Below are positions 50,603 to 58,788 of a DNA stretch of 64,000 nt, one piece after another. The DNA lies in the NCBI GenBank assembly GCA_032128875.1, contig JAVLKG010000012.1:137147-201146 (forward strand). The letters run 5' to 3'. Made by a program: the position numbers and the translations under genes. This DNA is from Candidatus Melainabacteria bacterium 17Bon1m. GTDB lineage: Bacteria; Cyanobacteriota; Vampirovibrionia; Obscuribacterales; Obscuribacteraceae. How positions within the stretch are numbered: the first letter of the stretch is position 1; every line of letters begins with the position of its first letter. The notes under the pieces are model-generated. The model saw only the letters and a list, made by a program, of their open reading frames with translations. It had not been told where the DNA came from and did no database searches.

Positions 50603-50611
50603 TCAAAAGGT

Positions 50612-51709
50612 ATGACAGAATCGACAAGCGAACAGTGGGACCAAGCCGTTGCCGATACGCAATTCGATCCATTGCTGGAAGAATTGCCAGAGCAGTACGA
50701 GCTTTTGATGAAGGTTCGGCAAGGTGGTATGGGCGCGATTTACCGCGCCCGCAACAAGTACACAAATGCTGACTTCGCCATCAAAATTTTGCTGCCGAAG
50801 TACGCTGAAGATGAGGACATGCGTCAGCGCTTTATTACGGAAGCGAAGGCCGCGAGTGCGCTGAAGCATCCTGGAATATGCCAGGTCCGTGACTTTGGTA
50901 TCACGAAAAGCAAGATGCCATATCTAGTAATGGACTGGTTAGAAGGTATGACGCTTCATGAGAAGGTTGAGACTCAGGGGCCGCTTGCTGAGCGAGACGC
51001 AATCGCTATCTTCATTCAGATTGCTTCTGCAATCGGCCACGCGCACAAGACCAAGGTGATTCACCGCGACTTAAAGCCCGAGCACGTTGTTTTGTGCAAA
51101 AACGAAAATCACGAGCAGAGTGACGTGCGCATTGTCGATTTCGGCATTGCCAAATTGATCCACGACGAAAGCGCTCCTGCTCCGAAAGAGGGACTGACCA
51201 TGGACGGCATGGTCATTGGCACTCCGCTCTACATGAGCCCTCAGCAGATCAAAGGCGTGAAGCTCGACGGGGCAACGGACATCTATTCACTTGGATGTTT
51301 GATGTACTTCACGATGGCTGGTTGTCCACCGTTCGAGGGCGATAATTACATGGACGTGATGTACAAGCACGTCAATAATCCTCCCCCGGAGTTTCCGCAC
51401 GGTGTAAAGGTTTCCGACGATCTCACTCGCGTGATTTTCCGAGCTATGGAAAAGGAACTCACCGATCGTTACAAGTCGATGGAAGAGGTTATTTCAGAGC
51501 TAAAGAAACTAACGAAGGGTGTAAGCGTAGAGCGAAAAGCGCTATCGCACCACCGAGCTAAAGCGAAGCAAAATTGGATAACAGCTGCCTATTTCGTTGG
51601 CGGGTTTATTGCGATGTATTTTGTCTCGATTCTCCTGCAAAACGCATTCGATGCCGCAGATAGAGGTTCTTCAGCCGAAAAGGCACCCGTCGCTGAAAGA
51701 AAGAAATAG
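50612..51709 (+). CDS. Membrane-anchored Ser/Thr kinase (catalytic loop HRDLKPEH)
   Basis: GGMG, AIK, HRDLKPEH, DFG, GTPLYMSPQQ; C-terminal TM helix. Confidence 0.92.
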   Translation: MTESTSEQWDQAVADTQFDPLLEELPEQYELLMKVRQGGMGAIYRARNKYTNADFAIKILLPKYAEDEDMRQRFITEAKAASALKHPGICQVRDFGITKSKMPYLVMDWLEGMTLHEKVETQGPLAERDAIAIFIQIASAIGHAHKTKVIHRDLKPEHVVLCKNENHEQSDVRIVDFGIAKLIHDESAPAPKEGLTMDGMVIGTPLYMSPQQIKGVKLDGATDIYSLGCLMYFTMAGCPPFEGDNYMDVMYKHVNNPPPEFPHGVKVSDDLTRVIFRAMEKELTDRYKSMEEVISELKKLTKGVSVERKALSHHRAKAKQNWITAAYFVGGFIAMYFVSILLQNAFDAADRGSSAEKAPVAERKK

Positions 51710-51909
51710 TAAGAGAGAAACGGCAATTTATGCCAGTTTTTTATCGAGCTCTCTGATTATTTTTGGCCCGGCAAGCAAACGTGCAAGGGCGCGAAACAGT
51801 AATCCTGCCACGCTTTCAGCTCGTGGTGGTTTCACCATTCACAAACTTTCTGCTGAACCTTAATATCCAGAGAGCACCTCCGGAATCCAGCCCATTTGAG
51901 AGGCCCATA

Positions 51910-52671
51910 ATGAATGAACGCGTAGACTTGCGCGTGACAGAAACGGCAGAGGCGAAACCCTCAGATTCACAAGCGTCTCAAAGCTTTTTTCACGATGCTT
52001 ACGATTTTGTCGGGCGCCATCCTGTTGCTTCTGCTGTGACAGTGGGTATTGTCGGAGCCGGCGCTTACGCAGCCTCAAGATATATTCCGTATGCCATGAC
52101 CCAACGGGCGCTGGCTACTGCCGCTAAGGCATTAAATCCGGAAGACATTCGCATAGTCCCCATGACCGCCGAAAACCTCCCTGCCGCAATTGAAGCGGGG
52201 AAGGACGGATTTAGATACGGCTGGGGGTTTCTCAATCCTGCCACTGATTTCCAAGCCGCGCTGACACCGATGGCGACAAAAATTCATGCCGGACAGCGCG
52301 AAATGAACGCTCGCTATTTCCTTGCCGTTGACAAAGAAAATCGGGTTTTAGGTACTACGGGTCTGTATCAAACAGCTAAAGACCAAGGTGATGCGCTTTG
52401 GCTTGGCTGGATGAGTGTCCGCCCAGCCTATAGAGGCAAGGGAATTGGGCAAAAGTTGTTGGATTTCTCAATTGATGAAGCTAAAAGGTCTAATGTCGAT
52501 TACTTGAGGCTCTATACCAGCACATACAAGGGCGAAGCCGCCGCGCAGCCGCTCTATGAGAGAGTCGGCCTGAAGGTCGTCGGCGAGATGAAGCATGAAT
52601 TGCCGGTACCTGGTTTGAAGTATCTTTTCCGCGAAATGCCTTTAAAGCCGGTCAAGGCTGCTAGCGCCTAG
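51910..52671 (+). CDS. GNAT N-acetyltransferase with N-terminal extension and hydrophobic helix
   Basis: WMSVRPAYRGKGIGQKLL, LYERVG; start placed at ATG 51910. Confidence 0.85.
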   Translation: MNERVDLRVTETAEAKPSDSQASQSFFHDAYDFVGRHPVASAVTVGIVGAGAYAASRYIPYAMTQRALATAAKALNPEDIRIVPMTAENLPAAIEAGKDGFRYGWGFLNPATDFQAALTPMATKIHAGQREMNARYFLAVDKENRVLGTTGLYQTAKDQGDALWLGWMSVRPAYRGKGIGQKLLDFSIDEAKRSNVDYLRLYTSTYKGEAAAQPLYERVGLKVVGEMKHELPVPGLKYLFREMPLKPVKAASA

Positions 52672-52818
52672 TCTGTTTAATCTTGAACACTCCAGTTTTC
52701 CCGAAACCTTAAGCACTGTGTGCTCTTCGGGAACCCGTGGCACTTGAGGGCGGTCCAACCCGTTGTAGATACGACCGAGAATCTTTGGGCTTTCAGCTCA
52801 TCGGGAAGGAGACCAGCA

Positions 52819-53031
52819 ATGGCAAAGAAAAAGAACCGCGGTAAAGAAGGAAGCGGACACGAACGTGACCACGAACGCGTTAAGGACGTGACTGAAGCCG
52901 GCGATATCGGCGATGAGCAAAATCCTGCCGGCGAGATTAAAACAGACAAGGCTGCTTGGAACTACAAAGCAGATAAGGTCAAAGAGGACGATACTCCGGA
53001 TGAGTTGAAAGACTTCATCTCGTCGTTCTAG
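52819..53031 (+). CDS. Small charged hypothetical protein
   Basis: AAGGAG RBS before ATG 52819; 70 aa. Confidence 0.6.
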   Translation: MAKKKNRGKEGSGHERDHERVKDVTEAGDIGDEQNPAGEIKTDKAAWNYKADKVKEDDTPDELKDFISSF

Positions 53032-53049
53032 AGTGCGTGAACCAGTGCC

Positions 53050-53760
53050 TTACTGAAAGTTATGGCGCTGCTGCCGTGTCAGAGACTGCCCGGGCGGGAC
53101 TATCGCTAGCCCGGGCTCTTTTGTATCGCCCCAGATTATTGCGTTGACGTATGGGATTTTATTCTGGCGCAACTGTGCGTCCATTGCGTCTACCATCGCA
53201 ATGTTCTGCTGCGCTTTCGTTTCGGGCTTGAATGTCGAACCGGCGGCGATCATCACACCTGCCATCGCTGACTGCAGATTCATCCATTCTGGTTGCGTCA
53301 AGTCGATATTGCCGCCTTTGCGTTTCATCGTGTCGCTCATTATGTCGGCTAGTTGTTTGCCTACTTGCTCTGGAGTCGCAGGTGGAATAGCCACCAGGCT
53401 GTCGCCGATACGTCCCATTGCTTTGAATGTTTCGCGATCGAATTGATACACGCCCTGCATGCGCTCTTGAAACTTCGCAAAGCGCGCAGGATCATTCACT
53501 GAGTCGTTGTACAGTTTGCCAAGTCGACCAAACCCGTCGACAAATTCCTGCCTGCGCTGTGCTATTGCATCAGACTGCGAGGAATTGTCCGCGACCATTA
53601 GCTTGAAGCCATCGTTCTGGACGTAAGTGTTGTTTTGGGCTCCACTGAGCAATTTGATGTCGGACAGATTGGCGTTCACCAATCCGGCTTCTACCGGTGC
53701 CGTCTGCCCGCGTGTTGCAACAGAATGGTCTCCAGCATCAGCGTGCGTTGTTATTGCCAT
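53050..53760 (-). CDS. Hypothetical protein
   Basis: Long ORF (MAITTH start, or 53793); no family recognised. Confidence 0.6.
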   Translation of the reverse strand: MAITTHADAGDHSVATRGQTAPVEAGLVNANLSDIKLLSGAQNNTYVQNDGFKLMVADNSSQSDAIAQRRQEFVDGFGRLGKLYNDSVNDPARFAKFQERMQGVYQFDRETFKAMGRIGDSLVAIPPATPEQVGKQLADIMSDTMKRKGGNIDLTQPEWMNLQSAMAGVMIAAGSTFKPETKAQQNIAMVDAMDAQLRQNKIPYVNAIIWGDTKEPGLAIVPPGQSLTRQQRHNFQ

Positions 53761-54057
53761 TTTTAGAACCTGAGAGGAAGGGGTCGAAATCATCCCCGCA
53801 CCGACGTTGAGTCAGCGTGAATAAATTATGCCTTCGAGGAGATTCGTCTGAGCCTAGATTCTCACCAAACGTCATGAACGAACATACGGTATACACGAAA
53901 AGCTAATTAAACCTCAAAAGCTTTTTTCACGCTCAAAGTCTGCACAATTCAACAGTCAAAAGCTTGAACGTCAAACCTAGAATGCTCACAACCTTCCGCT
54001 GCTCGAACAATATGGTTTCACTTTGTGGTTTCACCTTCTCTAATTCGAGGACGTAAA

Positions 54058-54786
54058 ATGAGCGACTGGCACGGACCCGGGACACTCTTTTCCCGTTGGC
54101 ATTCGCTTTCCCGAATTCACTTATTCGTTGCGTTCATGATGGTTGCATTCTGTCCTCTTGCGCTTGTCTCGGCTCGTCCGTTAGAGTTTATCCTCTCCCT
54201 TCTATTGTGCGCACGCGTTTTTTACCTGATTGGAAAACACTTTGGAGATTCGGCTGGAGTTGCGATGGTTGGTGCGATTGGTGAAGACGAGGTTGCTGCA
54301 GCGCTCAAGCAACTGCCAGCCTCGTGGAAGGTCGAACGCAACATCCCTCTCGAAAGCGGCGGCGATATCGACTTCTTGCTCACGTCGCCGCAGAACAACA
54401 TTTTTCTCTTGGATGCAAAAGCCCATTCTGGCATCGTTTACTATGACGGAATGCGTCTATGTCGCAAGATTGGCAAGCGAAGCGTGCCTTTCGAGAAGGA
54501 TGTTATGTCGCAGGTGAAGCGCCAGGCGGTTCAAATAAGAACCCAGCGGAAATTGCCTTTCGTCTCGACAGTGCTCGTTTTCACTCGCGCAGAAGTTCAG
54601 TCCCCACAAGAAATCGGTCTTGTAAGCGTAGTTGGGCTGAACAATCTGGTAGCGCATTTGCAAGAAAAAACCGCCATGCCCAGACCGAAGGTCCTGGTCC
54701 GCAATCATCTCAAATTAATAGCGCAGCAAAGAGAGCAAGCTGAAAGCTTGAAAAAAGAAGAGCTGCAAATTGAGATCGCGGAATGA
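54058..54786 (+). CDS. NERD (nuclease-related) domain protein with N-terminal TM helices
   Basis: GAIGEDEV, NIPL..GDIDFLL, LLDAKAHSG (PD-(D/E)xK-like). Confidence 0.8.
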   Translation: MSDWHGPGTLFSRWHSLSRIHLFVAFMMVAFCPLALVSARPLEFILSLLLCARVFYLIGKHFGDSAGVAMVGAIGEDEVAAALKQLPASWKVERNIPLESGGDIDFLLTSPQNNIFLLDAKAHSGIVYYDGMRLCRKIGKRSVPFEKDVMSQVKRQAVQIRTQRKLPFVSTVLVFTRAEVQSPQEIGLVSVVGLNNLVAHLQEKTAMPRPKVLVRNHLKLIAQQREQAESLKKEELQIEIAE

Positions 54787-54842
54787 AAGAAATCACGTCT
54801 GATTCCTGGGTATGTATTGAAAGACCAAGGCAAGGGCTGTGA

Positions 54843-56597
54843 GTGACTGATTCCGACTTTCAAGAAACGACTTACGCTGCGGGAGCGCGACGTTCCGACC
54901 TTTTTGGCGGCTCGATTTACCAGCCCGACCATATGCTTGGTGGAAGATACAGAGTCATATCTGTGCTCGGCAAAGGAGGCATGGGGATTGTCTATCGAGT
55001 TGAGCAAGTCTTTTTAGGTAAAGAACTTGCGCTAAAAACCATCGACAAAAGCCTACTGTCAGACATCACGATGCGAAGGTTTCAACATGAGGCACGTGCT
55101 ACCTTTGCGGTAGACCATCCAAACATCGTTTCTGTTCACGATTATGGAATTTTGGATGACCAGACCCCATTCCTTGCGATGGAATTGGTTTTTGGTAAGA
55201 CACTCTCAGATGTTTTGAAAACTCGCTCACGCCTACCTGTAGAAGAGGCGATTCCGATTTTCGTTCAGGTCTGTTTTGGCTTGGCGCACGCGCATCAAAG
55301 CGGTATTGTGCATCGCGACATCAAACCCAGCAATATCATGCTGATTGATGGAGCGGAGCAGGGCACCGAAGGTAGTATCAAGATTTTAGACTTCGGCATT
55401 GCCAAATTCACCCAGCATGAAGCGGGTGAAATTCAGGCATTGACTCAGACCGGAGAAATATTCGGTAGTCCGTTATACATGAGCCCTGAGCAATGCGCCG
55501 GCACTAGAGTTGATCTGAGAAGTGATGTCTATTCGCTCGGTTGTGTTCTTTATGAAGCGCTGACCGGAACCCCTCCCTTTGCAGGGGAGACGGCGCTCGC
55601 GACAATGCTTATGCATCAATCTGAAACCGTTCTGCCGCTGAAAGAAGCTTCGCTGGGAGAAGTATTTCCTCCTGCTTTAGAGCGAATCGTGCAGGTCATG
55701 CTGGCGAAGAAAGCTGAAGATAGATATCAAAACTTGAACGCTGCTGCGCAAGACCTTGCGGCGTTGGCACGAGGGGATGCTGCCGGAATTTCCGTAATGC
55801 AGTCACCAGACCGAGCGAATAAGTCTCCCGAGCCGGAAGCCACTGTCACACTCTCAAAAGCTTCGCTCCTGCTTCAAATGCTAGGGATCGCTCTAATCTC
55901 ATCGGTTGTCTCTGCGCTGATCACAACCAGCTTTCAATCGGACAAAAAAGAGACGGTCCCTGCCGATCTTTCGTCGTCGCTCGTGAAGTTGGCAGACAAT
56001 ATTTTTCCATCTCCAACCGCGAAGTATAAGCTCGATCGTCCTGAGCAACTTCGCGTCAACTTGAAACAGATTGAAGATCACACCTCGACTGTTCTTACGA
56101 TCAACGAAGCAAGAAGGCAGCTTGCCAATCCCAATAACAAGCAACTCCGGCTGCATGATTGCGTCATCTCAAAAGAAGTGTTGAAGTATTTGGCTCAATT
56201 TCCAAGAATTGAGTCATTAGACTTAATGGATTCCGCAATAAGTAATGCCGATCTCGGCTTAATTTCAAATCTTCCGATTCTTCGACTAAGTGTGATCGCC
56301 AGCAATTTCGATGACATCGGTGCGGAACAAATTTCGAAAGTGTCGACTATCGATACGATAAAAGCTAGCTCTACTGGACTTACAGATAAAGGGGTCAAGT
56401 ATTTTGCTAGGTTGAAAAAACTTCGGCAACTGAAGATTGAGAACACCGATGTTAGCGCAAAAACCATCGCACTGCTTTGTGAAAACCCATCATTTAAGAA
56501 GGTCTTTCTCGCGCGCTGCAATCGGATTACCAAAGAAGATCAGCGCTGGTTGATGAGCAAGTATCCGCTAGTAAATTTTGACTTCAAAGACGACTAG
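54843..56597 (+). CDS. Ser/Thr kinase with TM helix and C-terminal leucine-rich repeats
   Basis: GKGGMG, HRDIKPSN, DFG, GEIFGSPLYMSPEQC; IESLDLMD, LRQLKIENTDVS LRR-type repeats. Confidence 0.93.
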   Translation: MTDSDFQETTYAAGARRSDLFGGSIYQPDHMLGGRYRVISVLGKGGMGIVYRVEQVFLGKELALKTIDKSLLSDITMRRFQHEARATFAVDHPNIVSVHDYGILDDQTPFLAMELVFGKTLSDVLKTRSRLPVEEAIPIFVQVCFGLAHAHQSGIVHRDIKPSNIMLIDGAEQGTEGSIKILDFGIAKFTQHEAGEIQALTQTGEIFGSPLYMSPEQCAGTRVDLRSDVYSLGCVLYEALTGTPPFAGETALATMLMHQSETVLPLKEASLGEVFPPALERIVQVMLAKKAEDRYQNLNAAAQDLAALARGDAAGISVMQSPDRANKSPEPEATVTLSKASLLLQMLGIALISSVVSALITTSFQSDKKETVPADLSSSLVKLADNIFPSPTAKYKLDRPEQLRVNLKQIEDHTSTVLTINEARRQLANPNNKQLRLHDCVISKEVLKYLAQFPRIESLDLMDSAISNADLGLISNLPILRLSVIASNFDDIGAEQISKVSTIDTIKASSTGLTDKGVKYFARLKKLRQLKIENTDVSAKTIALLCENPSFKKVFLARCNRITKEDQRWLMSKYPLVNFDFKDD

Positions 56598-56607
56598 CCT
56601 CAGACGT

Positions 56608-57612
56608 TCACCAGGTACGAAATTCATCAGGTGCAGAAACTGGCGAAAAGACTGAACCTGTGAGATCAATCAGCTGCTTGGCAGTTTTTAGATCATCTCT
56701 TTTCGCGCGGAATATCAAACCATTTTGCGAATACAGAAGATCTCCGTTGTGATCCCAGTCGGCCCAATCAGTTTTGCCTAAATTGATAATTTCGTCGCCG
56801 CCTTTCGAAAGAACGCGATACTCTTGCACCCAAGGTGGTCCATCCGTTTCGTGAAAACCAAATGTCGTCATTTCTAAAACGTGCTCGCCATCAGGCTTCA
56901 CGTGAATATCTGGCGGATCGAGCGTCATGAACATATCGTACTTATTGTTTTTTCTCTTCTCCGCCTTTTTCTCTTTGGCTTCCTCTTTTGCTTTGAGAAA
57001 TTTTTCAACGAAAATCTTGCCGCCTTCCAAGAATCCAAAAGTTTCTTGCAGAGCTTCTAAATCTCCTACGCCTTCGGTCAGTCCATAAAGATCGATTTCG
57101 TACTGCTCTTCTCCGAATTGTGTCTGCTTCCAGCCATCGCGCTCCATGCGCATGTCCATTACCGGGCTGTCTTCCCCGCTACCGGAGTTTTCTCCGCACG
57201 GTACTATTTCGACCGCTGCTGGCAGGGTGAATGTGTCAATGAGTTTCATTCTTGAAGGCGAATGATTGAGCTGAATTCGCGTGTCGCTGTCGAATAGACC
57301 GCCGCCGCCCCAAGCGCCCATCCCTTCCCATAGCGCAACGGCAGTTAAATACGGTGGTTTCGATATTGCTGTCCAGCTTGTCATCGGACCTTTGTATTTT
57401 GCCGCAAAGTAGATAACGTATTTGCCCGAAGGAGACACATCAGCGCGGCGCTCGTAGATGCGCCCATTAAGCCATTGTCCGTGCTCGAAGGTGTCATCGT
57501 TCAAATTCCATTTGAGCATCTGAACAAACTGCGACGGACCGCGCCGAAATAGAACGGCGACTGGAGCTTCGCGCGCGATGATTGCATAACAGCGAGTGGA
57601 TGCTTGAGTCAT
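56608..57612 (-). CDS. Conserved-looking hypothetical protein
   Basis: 334-aa ORF; RRGPS, GQWLNGRIYERRADVSPSG (beta-propeller-like start), WADWD. Confidence 0.65.
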   Translation of the reverse strand: MTQASTRCYAIIAREAPVAVLFRRGPSQFVQMLKWNLNDDTFEHGQWLNGRIYERRADVSPSGKYVIYFAAKYKGPMTSWTAISKPPYLTAVALWEGMGAWGGGGLFDSDTRIQLNHSPSRMKLIDTFTLPAAVEIVPCGENSGSGEDSPVMDMRMERDGWKQTQFGEEQYEIDLYGLTEGVGDLEALQETFGFLEGGKIFVEKFLKAKEEAKEKKAEKRKNNKYDMFMTLDPPDIHVKPDGEHVLEMTTFGFHETDGPPWVQEYRVLSKGGDEIINLGKTDWADWDHNGDLLYSQNGLIFRAKRDDLKTAKQLIDLTGSVFSPVSAPDEFRTW

Positions 57613-57988
57613 AGTCCGACATTTTACCGATTTGACTGCAATTCATCAAATGACACTTTGTTTCTTGGGACTTTGCGCATTGGATCACCGCGGTGTCGGC
57701 CTTTTGCGCAAAGGCGCCTTTGCATTCCATTCACGTTCAGAATACTCAGTTGTGCAAAGTCAAAGCCAATTAGATTAGGTATTTTCTTTTGGCATTACGG
57801 TGCCACTATATGCGGTATCGTAGCTTCGCTAAAAGGACCTTCATTCTCTATTTCGAATTCGTGGCGCAATCACAAAGAAGCTGCGATAATTACCCGAATT
57901 CGGGCATTCAAAATTCATTGCCGCTGGCATAAAATAAAGAAGGTGGCGCAATGCATTTTCCCTACGTCGCAGGCGAGAGGTGTCTTAA

Positions 57989-58747
57989 ATGACCACATAT
58001 ACCTGGCAAAGTGCTGGGTTGACAAGTCGTGGGCTGGTTCGTCCTGATAATCAGGACAGTTTCCACATCAGTGAAGATGGTCGTTTGTTTGTTGTTGCAG
58101 ACGGCGTTGGTGGCTATGGTGGTGGCGCAACCGCCAGCCGTTTGGCCGTACAAACTCTTGAAGAGGGCTGGAAAGTTGGGTCTGAACTTGACGGCGACGA
58201 CGTTGAATCGTGGATGCGCAAAACTGTTACAGAAGCCAATCGCCGTATTATCCAGGGAGCGCAATCTGATTCGGCGCTTGAAAACATGGGCACTACCATC
58301 GTCACAGCAGTAATTGATAGATCTGGCAGTTTGCATGTTGGTCACGCCGGGGACTCGCGGGCAGTTCTAATCAGGAATGATGAACTCAAGATGCTTACCA
58401 TCGATCATTCGATGGTGATGGAAATGCACCTAGCGGGTCAACTTACTCTCGAAGAAGCACGTAACAACATCTACAAACACCTCATTACCAGATGCCTTGG
58501 ACATGATGAAGACGTTGAAATCGATTATTCGAAGTGTGACTTTCTTCCCGGTGATTGCATTGTTCTTGCTTCCGATGGATTATCTGACGAGATGGCGGAA
58601 GCAGACATCAGTGCAGCCGTTCAAGAGTGTTATGGAGCCGAAGAAGTTTGCAAGAAACTCATGGATACAGTTTTACAGCGTGGCGCTCGCGACAATACAA
58701 CAATTATCGCAGTGAAGAGATCGCACGTTGCAGTGCAGAAGTCATAG
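57989..58747 (+). CDS. PP2C/PPM-family Ser/Thr phosphatase
   Basis: RPDNQDS, VADGVGG, MGTT, GDSRA, DHS, SDGL, RDNTT. Confidence 0.95.
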   Translation: MTTYTWQSAGLTSRGLVRPDNQDSFHISEDGRLFVVADGVGGYGGGATASRLAVQTLEEGWKVGSELDGDDVESWMRKTVTEANRRIIQGAQSDSALENMGTTIVTAVIDRSGSLHVGHAGDSRAVLIRNDELKMLTIDHSMVMEMHLAGQLTLEEARNNIYKHLITRCLGHDEDVEIDYSKCDFLPGDCIVLASDGLSDEMAEADISAAVQECYGAEEVCKKLMDTVLQRGARDNTTIIAVKRSHVAVQKS

Positions 58748-58788
58748 CAACCTTTAGTTTCAACACGAGAATGCACGAGTGTTTAAGT

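Noticed and set aside
54058-58747. NERD + kinase + PP2C as an anti-phage system (PglW/BREX or TerY-P-like)
   Set aside because: NERD and kinase are separate genes in different frames, the kinase is a TM-LRR receptor type, and there are no pglX, pglZ or vWA partners.
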